From an uncultured bacterium (lineage in GTDB: Bacteria > Patescibacteriota > Minisyncoccia > Phycocordibacterales > PALSA-1337): DNA of 64,000 nucleotides. Positions 8,148 to 17,767 of this stretch are shown in pieces; the stretch's first letter is position 1, and every line of letters begins with the position of its first letter. The stretch covers positions 234,405 to 298,404 of the forward strand of contig OY969557.1 of assembly GCA_963701025.1 (NCBI GenBank), in the 5' to 3' direction. Under the pieces are notes generated by a model. That model was not told where the DNA came from. It searched no databases and was given only the letters and a program-made list of their open reading frames with translations. Both the position numbers and the translations under genes were made by a program.

Positions 8148-11100
8148 CTAATTCGTCACGATTGACAGGAGTTTTCCTTTTACGACGATAATCTTCCTAA
8201 TCTCCTTCCCCTCCAGCCATTTCTTGGCTTCCGGCAGGGCTAAGGCGGCGGATTTGATGGCTTCTTCCGGCGTATCCGTCGCGGCCGTGAAGGTTCCGCG
8301 CATTTTTCCATTGATCTGAACGGCTATGGTCGCTTGGCTATCGACTATGAGCTTAGGATCATATTCCGGCCATTCGGATGTGTGAATCGACTTCTTGTTA
8401 CCAAAAGATATCCACAGCTCTTCAGTCACGTGCGGAGCGAACGGGGCTAGGAGTTTCAGATACGATTCAAACTGCGAGCGGCTTATGGCGGGCGACTGAT
8501 CCGGGCCGGACGCGGTTTTTTCAAGTTCATTGAGAGCGATCATGAGCGAGCTTATGGCGGTGTTGAAGCGCATGGCGCCGATATCTTCGGTGACTTTCTT
8601 GATGGTCTTTTGAAGTACGCGATCTATTCTAGTGCCCGCGGGGAGAATATTCTCTTTCGGCTCCTTCTCCAAAGTGTCAACTTTTTTGACGCTTTCGTCT
8701 GGCGACATATGAGACATACTATCCTCCACACGCTCCGCAAGTTTCCACACTCTTTCAATGAATCTCCGCGGCCCGACCATGCTCTCCGTGCTCCAGGCTA
8801 TAGACTGGTCGAACGGTCCCATGAACATCTCATAGATGCGCAGTGTGTCCGCGCCGAATTGTGCCACGATATCGTCGGGATTTACCACATTGCCGAAGCG
8901 CTTGGACATCTTGCGACCGTCTTCGCCCATGATCAATCCGACTGACTGTAATTTCGTGAAAGGTTCGCTGGTTGAGACGACCCCGATATCATTCAAAAAC
9001 TTATGCCAAAAACGGGCGTATATGAGATGCCTCGTGGCGTGCTCCGCGCCGCCGACATACAGGTCTACAGGCGACCAGTATTTCTCTTTCTTCGGGTCTA
9101 CCAATGCTTTTCTATTATTCGGGTCCTCGTAACGGAGATAATACCAGCATGAGCCGGCCCATTGCGGCATGGTGTTCGTCTCGCGCCTTGCCGGACCCTT
9201 GCACTTTGGGCATTTGACGTTGACCCAGCTTTTTATGGCGGCCAAGGGCGACTCGCCCGTGCCTGTCGGCTCATACGACTTGACCTTTGGAAGCTCGACC
9301 GGCAGGTCTTTTTCCGGTACGGGCACGACGCCGCACTTCCCGCAGTGGATGAGCGGTATCGGCTCACCCCAATAGCGCTGGCGGGAGAAGACCCAGTCGC
9401 GAAGCTTGTATTTCATCACCCATCTGCCGCCGACAAAGGCGGTAATGTCTTTTTTGACGGAGTCGGAAGATTTATCAGAAAATGACCCGGAATTTATAGT
9501 AGTGCCTTCGCCGGTGAACGGCCGAGCGCTTCCATCATATATCTTATTAGTCCTATCATACTCAAGCTCCACCGCTCTCGTTACGCCGTTCTTGAGAAAT
9601 ATGATCCAATGATCATAGTCATGCATGTGGTTGTTCTCTTCCCACCATTTAATGATTTTATCAGGTTCCGACCAAACAAGAGTGTAATCTTCGTGTTTCT
9701 CTTGTTTAAGGGATTTAAGAGCATCATCTTGAAGTATAAGCAAGAGACATGTGGCTCGAGCTACGCGGTCGATCTTTTTCTTCGAATTATGATAATGGAC
9801 GAATGCGTCGTCGATCGTTTCCTTATACGAGAAATGGTGCAGGCCGCTCTCTTCCTCGACTTCGCGTAAAATACCCTCAACGAGATTCTCCTGAACACCA
9901 ACGCCGCCGCCGAAAAGATCATACTTCCCCTCGGGTAATCTTCCGAAAGCATATTTTTGCGTATTCGGATCGAATATAACCGCGCAGCCTCCATCTCTTC
10001 GTTCCTCATTGGGACGCTTTGTGCCTGTTTCCCAGGCGATGACCTGTCTTATCGGCAATTTGAATTTTTTGGCAAAAGCGAAATCTCTGTCGTCATGGGC
10101 GGGCACGGCCATGACGGCGCCCGTACCGTAGTCGGCCAGGACATAGTCGGCGATCCAGACGGGCACTTCTTCGTTATTGGCCGGATTGATCGCTTTGACG
10201 CCTTTCAATTCAACGCCGGTCTTTTCTTTATTCGCGTCGGTGCGTTCGATCTCGGTCTCGCTCTTTGCGCGGGCGACATAAGCTTCGATCTCAGCCTTAT
10301 TTTGGGTCTGCGGCAAAAGTACTTGAACCCACGGATGCTCCGGTGCCAACACCAGATAAGTCACGCCAAAGAGCGTGTCGGGACGAGTGGTGTAGACGGT
10401 CACCGACGGCGTAACGGCCTTGAGAATCTCCTTCTTATCCTCCGAAATAGCCAACCGGAAGTCGATCTCCGCCCCTTCGCTCCTGCCGATCCAGTTTCTT
10501 TGGGCCTCTTTGATGGACTCCGGCCAATCAAGGAGCGGCTTGGGCCAGCCCGCGGCCGGATCGCGCATGCGTTCGAGCCATATGGGGAGCTCAGAATTGA
10601 CCATCTTGCCGGGCACGAAATCCTCGGCCACGACCCACAGGATCTCGTTATGAGAAACCTCGCCTTTGGTCATCGATTCAGCGACGATGGGAACTCTGCC
10701 ATCGCTTTTGAGTTCGAAGTATGCAGCCTGGGCTATGGCCACGCGGTTCTCGCCCTTATGTTTGGTGTGATAGTGCGCTTCAGTCGGACCGCCCAATATC
10801 CTCTTGAATTCAAGATCCGTATAGCCTGTCTCCTCGCGGACCTCACGACGCGCGGTCTCTTCGGGTCTCTCGTCCCCCTCAATGCCTCCTATGACCACGG
10901 TATCCCAGCCGAACTTCTTATTGCGGATTATCAAATATTTCTGGGCCTTTGGATCGTAGACAATGGCGTGCGCTACATGACGCTTGACCAAAGGCGCGCC
11001 AGGCTGATGCGGATTGACTTTATCTATGAGCTTCGGCATGACATAGTCGTCCGCGTCGAGATCGCGCAACAAGCGATCCGCGTAATCGGTGATCTTGAGC

Positions 11101-11720
11101 ACCCATTGGCGCAGAGGCTTCTTTTCCACGGGCGTGCCGCAGCGCTCGCACCGGCCATTCTCGACGTCTTCGTTGGCCAGGACTGTCTTATCCGTCGGAC
11201 ACCAATTGACTGGCTCATACGATTCATATGCCAATCCTTTTTTGAAAAGCTGTAGGAATATCCATTGGGTCCACCGATAATAAGCCGGATCAGTCGTATT
11301 GACCTCGCGCGACCAGTCGTAGTCGAAGCCGAGGATCTCCAACTGCTCTTTGAACCGTTGGACATTCTTGGCCACGGCGACCATCGGATTGGTCTTCATC
11401 TTGATGGCGTAATTCTCCGCCGGCAGGCCGAATGCGTCGAAGCCCATGGGGTGCAGGACGTTCATACCCTGCATGCGCTTCATGCGGGAAATGACGTCGG
11501 TGGCGATGTAACCCTTGGGATGGCCGACATGTAGGCCGTCGCCGGACGGATACGGGAACATGTCGAGAATATAAAATTTGTCTTTACTTCCTCCCTTCTC
11601 CTTGCTTCCTGCTTCTTCTGTTCTATATATTTTATCGGCCGCCCACTTCTTCTGCCATTTCTTCTCGATCTTGGCTGGATTATACGGGGCCAGTCTTTGT
11701 GAGGTAGTCTTTTTCGCCAT
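8148..11720 (-). CDS. leuS: Leucine--tRNA ligase with two inserted Nudix domains
   Basis: MFPYPSGDGLHVGH (HIGH), editing-domain TTRPDT and GTGAVMAVPAHD, KMSKR; two complete Nudix boxes. Start placed at the ATG at 11720, 7 nt after TATGAT. Confidence 0.96.
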   Translation of the reverse strand: MAKKTTSQRLAPYNPAKIEKKWQKKWAADKIYRTEEAGSKEKGGSKDKFYILDMFPYPSGDGLHVGHPKGYIATDVISRMKRMQGMNVLHPMGFDAFGLPAENYAIKMKTNPMVAVAKNVQRFKEQLEILGFDYDWSREVNTTDPAYYRWTQWIFLQLFKKGLAYESYEPVNWCPTDKTVLANEDVENGRCERCGTPVEKKPLRQWVLKITDYADRLLRDLDADDYVMPKLIDKVNPHQPGAPLVKRHVAHAIVYDPKAQKYLIIRNKKFGWDTVVIGGIEGDERPEETARREVREETGYTDLEFKRILGGPTEAHYHTKHKGENRVAIAQAAYFELKSDGRVPIVAESMTKGEVSHNEILWVVAEDFVPGKMVNSELPIWLERMRDPAAGWPKPLLDWPESIKEAQRNWIGRSEGAEIDFRLAISEDKKEILKAVTPSVTVYTTRPDTLFGVTYLVLAPEHPWVQVLLPQTQNKAEIEAYVARAKSETEIERTDANKEKTGVELKGVKAINPANNEEVPVWIADYVLADYGTGAVMAVPAHDDRDFAFAKKFKLPIRQVIAWETGTKRPNEERRDGGCAVIFDPNTQKYAFGRLPEGKYDLFGGGVGVQENLVEGILREVEEESGLHHFSYKETIDDAFVHYHNSKKKIDRVARATCLLLILQDDALKSLKQEKHEDYTLVWSEPDKIIKWWEENNHMHDYDHWIIFLKNGVTRAVELEYDRTNKIYDGSARPFTGEGTTINSGSFSDKSSDSVKKDITAFVGGRWVMKYKLRDWVFSRQRYWGEPIPLIHCGKCGVVPVPEKDLPVELPKVKSYEPTGTGESPLAAIKSWVNVKCPKCKGPARRETNTMPQWAGSCWYYLRYEDPNNRKALVDPKKEKYWSPVDLYVGGAEHATRHLIYARFWHKFLNDIGVVSTSEPFTKLQSVGLIMGEDGRKMSKRFGNVVNPDDIVAQFGADTLRIYEMFMGPFDQSIAWSTESMVGPRRFIERVWKLAERVEDSMSHMSPDESVKKVDTLEKEPKENILPAGTRIDRVLQKTIKKVTEDIGAMRFNTAISSLMIALNELEKTASGPDQSPAISRSQFESYLKLLAPFAPHVTEELWISFGNKKSIHTSEWPEYDPKLIVDSQATIAVQINGKMRGTFTAATDTPEEAIKSAALALPEAKKWLEGKEIRKIIVVKGKLLSIVTN

Positions 11721-11767
11721 GGATGAAATCATAGCTCAAAACCGGCAAACAAAAAAGGCCGTCGCGA

Positions 11768-11989
11768 CTAGTGCGACGAGCCTGGGTGTTTTTCGCTGGA
11801 AGCATGTTCTTCCCCGATGAAATCACCGAGCTTGCTTTCTGAATCGTGTGGAGTCGGCCCTCGAAGCCATTTCAAGAAGTTTGCTACCGAGAGCGCGACG
11901 GCAATCACCGGCTTGACTGCGGTCTCTGGCACGCCAGTCGTCGGTGAGCCAACCGAATGGGTCATCGTTTTTCGGAATTCAAACGGCAT
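11768..11989 (-). CDS. Small orphan protein (73 aa)
   Basis: Own promoter TTGATT-17-TATGAT (~12020-12048, minus strand) and a downstream hairpin + T6 terminator (~11751-11781). Confidence 0.45.
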   Translation of the reverse strand: MPFEFRKTMTHSVGSPTTGVPETAVKPVIAVALSVANFLKWLRGPTPHDSESKLGDFIGEEHASSEKHPGSSH

Positions 11990-12056
11990 AAAGTTCTTTC
12001 TTTTTTTCTACCGGCGACGATCATAGCATATCGATCCTAAAAAATCAAGCGAGTAT

Positions 12057-13172
12057 TCATATCTTAAATTCTATGACATCCCCGTCTTTGACGACGTATC
12101 CTTTGCCTTCGATGCGGATGATGCCCTTCTCGCGGGCGGCGGCGTACGAGCTGGCACCGAGCAATGCGTTCCACTCGATGACTTCGGCCCGGATGAACTT
12201 GTCTTTGAAATCGCCGTGGATAGCCGTGCCGGCCAATGGCGCTGTCCAGCCGCGCTTGATCGTCCAGGCGCGCGTCTCGTCTTCGCCGGTGGTGAAATAG
12301 GTGATGAGATCCAGAAGCTCATAGCCCTTCTTGATCAGATCGTTGATGCCGTCATCTTTGGTGCCGAGGCCTTCACGCATCTCTTGCTTCTCCTCCGCTT
12401 CCATATCCTTGAGATCCTGCTCGATGCCGGCGTCAACAATGACCCATTTAGCCTTGTTATCGGTGAAAAACTTCATCAACGATTGGAATCGCGCATCTGG
12501 TGTGCCGCTCGAATCTTTCATCTCATCCAGATTATTGCCGCCGGACTTTTTATTCAATACATACATGAAAGGCTTGTTCGTCAGAAGATGCAATTGCCTC
12601 AAAAAAGGCCCTTCGAATTCATTCGCTACGACAGTCGAAGCGAGCTTACCCTCTTCAAGGGCTTTTTTAAGTCTCTCGACAATGCCTTGCTCGATGAGAG
12701 CTTCTTTCTTGCCGGCTTTGACTTCTTTTCCCAGATTGGCCAGCCGCTTCGTCACCGTATCCATATCAGCCAGAATAAGTTCTAGGTTAATGACTTCTAT
12801 ATCTTTCAATGGATTTATCTTTCCGTCGACATGGATGATATTGTCGTCCTCGAATATGCGCACGACTTCGGCGATAGCGTCGGTCTCGCGGATATTGGAG
12901 AGGAACTGGTTGCCGAGGCCTTCGCCGGTCGACGCGCCCTTGACCAAGCCGGCTATGTCCACGAACTCCACCGCCGCCGGAACAGTCTTGGCCGATTTCG
13001 AAAAAGCCGAGAGCTTGCCCAGTCTTTCGTCCGGCACCGCTACCACTCCAACCGACGGATCGATGGTGGCGAAGGGATAGTTGGCTACCAAAACGCTTTT
13101 ACGCGTGAGCGCGTTAAAGAGCGTGGATTTCCCCACATTAGGCAGGCCGACGATGGCGATGGAGAGCGACAT
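12057..13172 (-). CDS. ychF: Redox-regulated ATPase YchF
   Basis: GLPNVGKSTLFN, NYPFATIDP, DIAGLVKGAS.GEGLGNQFL, EGKGYVVKDGD. Confidence 0.97.
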   Translation of the reverse strand: MSLSIAIVGLPNVGKSTLFNALTRKSVLVANYPFATIDPSVGVVAVPDERLGKLSAFSKSAKTVPAAVEFVDIAGLVKGASTGEGLGNQFLSNIRETDAIAEVVRIFEDDNIIHVDGKINPLKDIEVINLELILADMDTVTKRLANLGKEVKAGKKEALIEQGIVERLKKALEEGKLASTVVANEFEGPFLRQLHLLTNKPFMYVLNKKSGGNNLDEMKDSSGTPDARFQSLMKFFTDNKAKWVIVDAGIEQDLKDMEAEEKQEMREGLGTKDDGINDLIKKGYELLDLITYFTTGEDETRAWTIKRGWTAPLAGTAIHGDFKDKFIRAEVIEWNALLGASSYAAAREKGIIRIEGKGYVVKDGDVIEFKI

Positions 13173-13176
13173 ATGC

Positions 13177-14577
13177 TTATTCTACCTCCTTCACACCTTT
13201 AGCATACTTCTTCAACGGCAATCTGTCCCAATTCTCCAATATCGACGTCACAAATCTCCACGACGCCATGATCTCGTCCGTCGAGGCGAACAGGGTCTGG
13301 TCGCCGACGAAGACGTCGTGGATGAGACGCTCGTAATCGTTCGGTATATCCGAGGAGAACGGCGTGTCCGCGTAGTTGAATCGAAGGGTTTTGGCCACGG
13401 AAGCGGATGAATATCCCGGCTGTTTGACGAAAAAACATATCTTAATACCTTCGTCCGGCTGTATGCGGAAGGTAAGGATATTCTGTCGGAGCGAATCATT
13501 GGCCGCTTTACCGCTGGCGATACCGCCGCTATTTTTGAAATAGACTTTGATCTCGGTCTTTGCCCCGGCCATAGCCTTGCCTGATTCGAGATAGAACGGC
13601 ACGCTTTTCCATCGCGCCGTATTGACCCGAGCCTCTATGCGGAAGTACGTCTCCGTCTTCGAATCGGCCTTGACTCCCGGTTCAGAGAGATACCCTTCGT
13701 ATTGGCCGCGAACGACCTGCGTGACAAGCGAGCGGCGCGACAGAGGAGAAAGCTTGGAAAGTATCTTTGCCCGGCCGCGACGGATATCCTCGGCGGAGAA
13801 CGACGCTGGAGCCTCCATAGCGACGAGGGCGAGCATGGCCAGCATGTGGTTCTGACCGACGTCTTTCAAAGCGCCGACGGGATCATAGAAAGCGCCCCGC
13901 CCTTCCATGGCGACCTTCTCGAAAAGCCTGATATGTATCTTGTCTACGTATTGCCGCCGCCACAACGGCTCGAATATGGCGTTGGCGAAACGGAAGACGA
14001 GGATATTCTGCAGAGATTCCTTTGCCAGATAATGGTCGATGCGGAATATCTGCTTTTCGTCGAAGAGCTTGCCCAGAAGTTTGTCGAGCGAGCGCGCCGT
14101 GGCGATATCGTTGCCGAACGGCTTCTCGATGAGTATGCGCGTCCATCCGATGCCGTTATCGCACGGGATATTGAGCTCTGAAGCGGCGATATTGGTGAGG
14201 ATGCCGTGATATAAAGTCGGCGGCACGGAGAGATGGAAGAGCTTGTTCGAACATTGGCCCCAGCGGTCGTCGACGGACTTCATCGCCGCAGACAGGCGAG
14301 CGTACATGAGAGGATCGTCGAAGTTTCCCTGTTCATACGAGATATGATCGAGGAAATGCTTGATATCCTCTTCCCGGAATTCGCCCTGCCTGACGTTCAT
14401 GCGAGAACGGATATATTCGCGGAATTCTTCGCGCGAGAACGAGCGGCGGGTGATGCCGATGACGGCGAAGCGCTTGGGAAGACGGCCTTTGGAGTAGAGT
14501 CCGAGCAAAGCCGGCAAGAGCTTGCGGGCGGAGAGATCTCCCGTTATGCCGAAAACGACGAATATGGTCGGTTGCAT
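13177..14577 (-). CDS. zwf: Glucose-6-phosphate 1-dehydrogenase
   Basis: FGITGDLS, EKPFG, RIDHYLAKE, DVGQNH, RWKSVPFYLESGK, YERL. Confidence 0.95.
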   Translation of the reverse strand: MQPTIFVVFGITGDLSARKLLPALLGLYSKGRLPKRFAVIGITRRSFSREEFREYIRSRMNVRQGEFREEDIKHFLDHISYEQGNFDDPLMYARLSAAMKSVDDRWGQCSNKLFHLSVPPTLYHGILTNIAASELNIPCDNGIGWTRILIEKPFGNDIATARSLDKLLGKLFDEKQIFRIDHYLAKESLQNILVFRFANAIFEPLWRRQYVDKIHIRLFEKVAMEGRGAFYDPVGALKDVGQNHMLAMLALVAMEAPASFSAEDIRRGRAKILSKLSPLSRRSLVTQVVRGQYEGYLSEPGVKADSKTETYFRIEARVNTARWKSVPFYLESGKAMAGAKTEIKVYFKNSGGIASGKAANDSLRQNILTFRIQPDEGIKICFFVKQPGYSSASVAKTLRFNYADTPFSSDIPNDYERLIHDVFVGDQTLFASTDEIMASWRFVTSILENWDRLPLKKYAKGVKEVE

Positions 14578-14742
14578 GAGCGTATTCTACCCTAGAATTC
14601 TTCCCCCCACTTCACCCAAGCCGGATATATCGTTCCCGCCACGAAGACGCATGGCAGGATGATAATGGCGGATATGCCCCATAGGACGACGAAGAAGAAT
14701 TTGAATATATGCTCCATGGCCAGCATGGTATACTATTTCGCG

Positions 14743-16311
14743 ATGAATATCCACCTCATAATCCACAACATCGGCTTCATCATATCTGCCGGCGCGGCCC
14801 TAGGCATATTCTTCTTTTTCGTCCTTAACAAGGAGCGAACGACGGCGAGCATCACCTTCGGCCTTCTCACGCTATGCGTCGCCATTTGGATCATAGCCCA
14901 TGTCATAGGAGTTAGCGTCTCCGACCCGGTGCTTTCGCGCAATATCCTGATGCTCAATCTGGTCATGATCGGGTTCGCCGCCCCGTTGAATGTCCACTCC
15001 GTCCTGGCGTTTTTGGGAAAAGCCCGCGAGCGATGGTATATGCTCGCCATCATATACGCGGCTGGCATATTCATGACCGTCTGGTTCGCCTGGCACCCGG
15101 ATCTGTTCCTTCTGCCATCGGTGCCAAAGATGTACTTTCCGAACTATTACAATCCGGGAATTCTGAACTGGACTCGTATGGCTTTCTTTTTTGGAGTATG
15201 CATGGTCTACATGTTAGTAGAGCTTTTCATCGGCTATATCCACGAGGCCGAGGCCAAGAAGAAACAGCAGATGAAATATTTAATCATCGCTATTATCATA
15301 GGATATGCTGTCGGCAATATGCCCAATTTTCTCGTCTACAATATTCCGATCGATCCTTTTTGGGGTACTCTCTTCGTGGCTCTGTTCGCCGTACCGTTCA
15401 TATACGGCATCATCAAATACGAGCTGTTCGACATCCGTGTCATCGCTAAAAAAGCTTTTGTGTACAGCATAAGTATCGCCGCCGTGGGAGGACTGATCAT
15501 ACTATTCGACTATTCCAATCGCCTGATAGAAAGTGTTTACCCGAATTTTCCTGTCTGGATCACCCCGCTCATATCAGCCATCCTGGTTGTTCTGGTGGCC
15601 GGTTTCGTCTGGCGCACGCTCCGCGAGGGCGATCTCCTGAAATACGAGTTCATCACCACCGTCACCCACAAGTTCCGCACTCCGCTCACACACATCAAGT
15701 GGGCTTCCGAGAACCTGTCAAAGGGCTCCCTTTCGGCTGACGGCAAGACCCAGGTTGAATACATAAAGACCGCTGATGAGAAGCTGGTCGAGCTGACCGG
15801 ATTGCTCATGAATGTCTCGGAGACCGAGAACAGTAACTATGAATATCACCTCGCTCGCGGCGACATATCTAGGTTCTTGAACGAGATCGCGGAGGGTTAC
15901 CGTGAGCATTATGCCATCAAGAAAATAACGGAAACTAGTGACATCCAGCCCGGTCTTTACGCCGAGTTCGACGAGTCGCGGATCAAATTCGTTCTCCAGA
16001 CTTTATTGGAGAACGCCATTAACTACACTTCCGAAGGCGGTACCGTGAGCATTTCCATGAAGATGAGCGGTTCCGACATCGTCTGTTCGGTCAAGGATTC
16101 CGGCATAGGCATCCCCAAGGATGAATTGCCCCGCCTATTCTCGAAGTTTTACCGCGGGTCCGGCGCCAAGCTCGCCGACACCGAAGGCATGGGCATAGGA
16201 CTTTACATATCCAGGCAGATAATGGCGCGTCACAGGGGAAAGATCTGGGCTGAATCGGAAGGCCCCGGCAAAGGCAGCACCTTCAGTTTCTCGTTGCCGA
16301 TGGCCGGATAG
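14743..16311 (+). CDS. Sensor histidine kinase with multi-TM (HisKA_7TM-like) N-terminus
   Basis: Many hydrophobic helices, then the H-box THKFRTPL, N-box ENAINY and G-boxes DSGIGI / GMGIGLY / GKGSTF. No response regulator nearby. Confidence 0.88.
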   Translation: MNIHLIIHNIGFIISAGAALGIFFFFVLNKERTTASITFGLLTLCVAIWIIAHVIGVSVSDPVLSRNILMLNLVMIGFAAPLNVHSVLAFLGKARERWYMLAIIYAAGIFMTVWFAWHPDLFLLPSVPKMYFPNYYNPGILNWTRMAFFFGVCMVYMLVELFIGYIHEAEAKKKQQMKYLIIAIIIGYAVGNMPNFLVYNIPIDPFWGTLFVALFAVPFIYGIIKYELFDIRVIAKKAFVYSISIAAVGGLIILFDYSNRLIESVYPNFPVWITPLISAILVVLVAGFVWRTLREGDLLKYEFITTVTHKFRTPLTHIKWASENLSKGSLSADGKTQVEYIKTADEKLVELTGLLMNVSETENSNYEYHLARGDISRFLNEIAEGYREHYAIKKITETSDIQPGLYAEFDESRIKFVLQTLLENAINYTSEGGTVSISMKMSGSDIVCSVKDSGIGIPKDELPRLFSKFYRGSGAKLADTEGMGIGLYISRQIMARHRGKIWAESEGPGKGSTFSFSLPMAG

Positions 16312-16339
16312 GTGGTCCGTCCGAGAATACGTTTCGCGG

Positions 16340-16413
16340 TGCACCCTAGAGGGCTCGAACCTCTGGCCTCGCCCGTGTGAAGGGCGCGCTCTAGCCAACT
16401 GAGCTAAGGGTGC
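16340..16413 (-). tRNA. tRNA-Val(CAC)
   Basis: GCACCCTTAGCTCAGTTGG...CGCCC-TT-CAC-AC-GGGCG...GGTTCGAGCC..AGGGTGCA; no encoded CCA. Confidence 0.93.
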
Positions 16414-16459
16414 GAGGAAAATTCCTAATTTCTAATTGATCTACTTTCTAATCTCACTG

Positions 16460-16530
16460 TCGGGCTGCCGGGAATCGAACCCGGACCGCATCCACCCCAT
16501 GGATGTATACTACCACTATACTACAGCCCG
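16460..16530 (-). tRNA. tRNA-Pro(GGG)
   Basis: CGGGCTGTAGTATAGTGG...CATCC-AT-GGG-GT-GGATG...GGTTCGATTCC..CAGCCCGA. Confidence 0.93.
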
Positions 16531-16630
16531 AGCCGACAGTTTACGGCATTTTTGAGAATTACTCAATCCATGTTACAGTTTCGGGCGTTACGGGCCCGTA
16601 GCTGTTTTGGTAGGTATCGCCCGGAACATT

Positions 16631-16703
16631 GGGCCCGTAGCTCATCTGGTAGAGCGCCGCTTTTGCAAAGCGGAGGCAAGCGGTTCGAGTCCGCTCGGGT
16701 CCA
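16631..16703 (+). tRNA. tRNA-Ala(TGC)
   Basis: GGGCCCGTAGCTCATCTGG...CCGCT-TT-TGC-AA-AGCGG...GGTTCGAGTCC; G3:U70 pair present. Confidence 0.93.
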
Positions 16704-16782
16704 CTTGATTTTTCTAGAAGTGCTATAATGGGCGCTTGGTCGAATGCCTTATCAGCATTATAAGCATTAAACATAAACGACC

Positions 16783-16860
16783 ATGGCAACTTGCCCTTCT
16801 TGTCCTCATGAGGCTCACACGGGCGCATGTCCCGTAACGGGATGCACCTGCGGCAAATAG
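16783..16860 (+). CDS. 25-aa Cys/His-rich putative metal-binding peptide MATCPSCPHEAHTGACPVTGCTCGK
   Basis: Manual translation; extended -10 TGCTATAAT at 16721-29; palindromic terminator at 16880-16911. Confidence 0.55.
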   Translation: MATCPSCPHEAHTGACPVTGCTCGK

Positions 16861-16879
16861 ATCGTGAGACCGCCTCAAA

Positions 16880-16911
16880 CAAAATCATCCGCCAGCTGGC
16901 GGATGATTTTG
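16880..16911. terminator. Perfect 32-bp palindrome, likely a bidirectional terminator
   Basis: CAAAATCATCCGCCAGCTGGCGGATGATTTTG lies between the convergent peptide ORF and the cold-shock gene. Confidence 0.75.
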
Positions 16912-16935
16912 CGTTACCATTAGGAACTCTAGAGA

Positions 16936-17136
16936 CTATGCGCGCTGTACGTTGACGGCGTTCGGTCCCTTCGGAGAATCTTCGGTCTCAAAGGTGACGG
17001 CATCGCCTTCGTGGAGTTCAGCGAACTGAACGCCGACGAGGGAGTTGCTGTGGAAGAACAAGTCCTTGCCTCCAGCCTCCGTGGCGATGAAACCGAAACC
17101 TTTGTCCGTGAGCTTCTTGATTGTGCCCTTATTCAT
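16936..17136 (-). CDS. Cold-shock protein
   Basis: KGFGFI (RNP1), DLFFH (RNP2), KGPNAVNV. Confidence 0.95.
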   Translation of the reverse strand: MNKGTIKKLTDKGFGFIATEAGGKDLFFHSNSLVGVQFAELHEGDAVTFETEDSPKGPNAVNVQRA

Positions 17137-17271
17137 TGGTGTATAGGTTGATTGCTAAAGTACAAATATATTAGGTTTAAGAAATTCGACTTTTTCGCAA
17201 CTTAACTCTTTGTGCTTATAAGGCTAGCATAGCTGTCTAGGACTTGTCAAGGGGTCGAAAATGTTGCCTTA

Positions 17272-17665
17272 TCACAGCGATAAGGCTTCTCTTTGAACAA
17301 TCGTGCGATGATTAGGAAAAAGGTCGGGGAGCCGCGCGGCCTCATCAAGGCCGAACACCTTTGTCTCTTCCATCTCATCGCCTTCTTTCTTCAATCCTTT
17401 CAATGACAGAAGCTCTATGCGGAAAAAGGTGAGTGTATGTCCCCCCCCTGTCTTGTTGCTCGATGACCCGGAGACCATCCTGATCTATTTCTATACCAAG
17501 CTCTTCATATATTTCTCGAGCCGCACATTCTTCAGGTGTCTCATTTCCTTCACTCCTGCCGCCGGGTAATTTCCAATATCTAGGAGCCGGCTTCTTCGGG
17601 TCACGCACGAATGGAACGCCTTCCGGAGCAACGATGAGAACTGCGACTGCATGCAATGAATTCAT
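17272..17665 (-). CDS. Nudix hydrolase, frameshifted at a G8 run (17441-17448)
   Basis: WKLPGGRSEGNETPEECAAREIYEELG Nudix box; removing one G joins ...DRGG to HTLTFFRIE... Confidence 0.8.
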
Positions 17666-17696
17666 GTTTTATTTATAGCATAAATTATTATTCCTG

Positions 17697-17767
17697 TGGA
17701 CCTGGGGGGAATCGGACCCCCGCCTCGGCAATGCGAATGCCGCGTAATGCCACTTTACTACAGGCCC
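17697..17767 (-). tRNA. tRNA-Ala(CGC)
   Basis: GGGCCTGTAGTAAAGTGG...CGGCA-TT-CGC-AT-TGCCG; G3:U70 pair; atypical T-loop TCCGATT. Confidence 0.88.

Noticed and set aside
9530-11055. LeuRS insertions as inteins or introns
   Set aside because: No Cys/Ser start with His-Asn end and no homing endonuclease motifs; they carry Nudix boxes in an open frame.
9957-11255. 432-aa + strand ORF, and similar long antisense ORFs (5894-6697, 12331-13080, 22611-23330, 42940-43707)
   Set aside because: Shadows of well-identified opposite-strand genes in GC-rich DNA, with no recognisable motifs.
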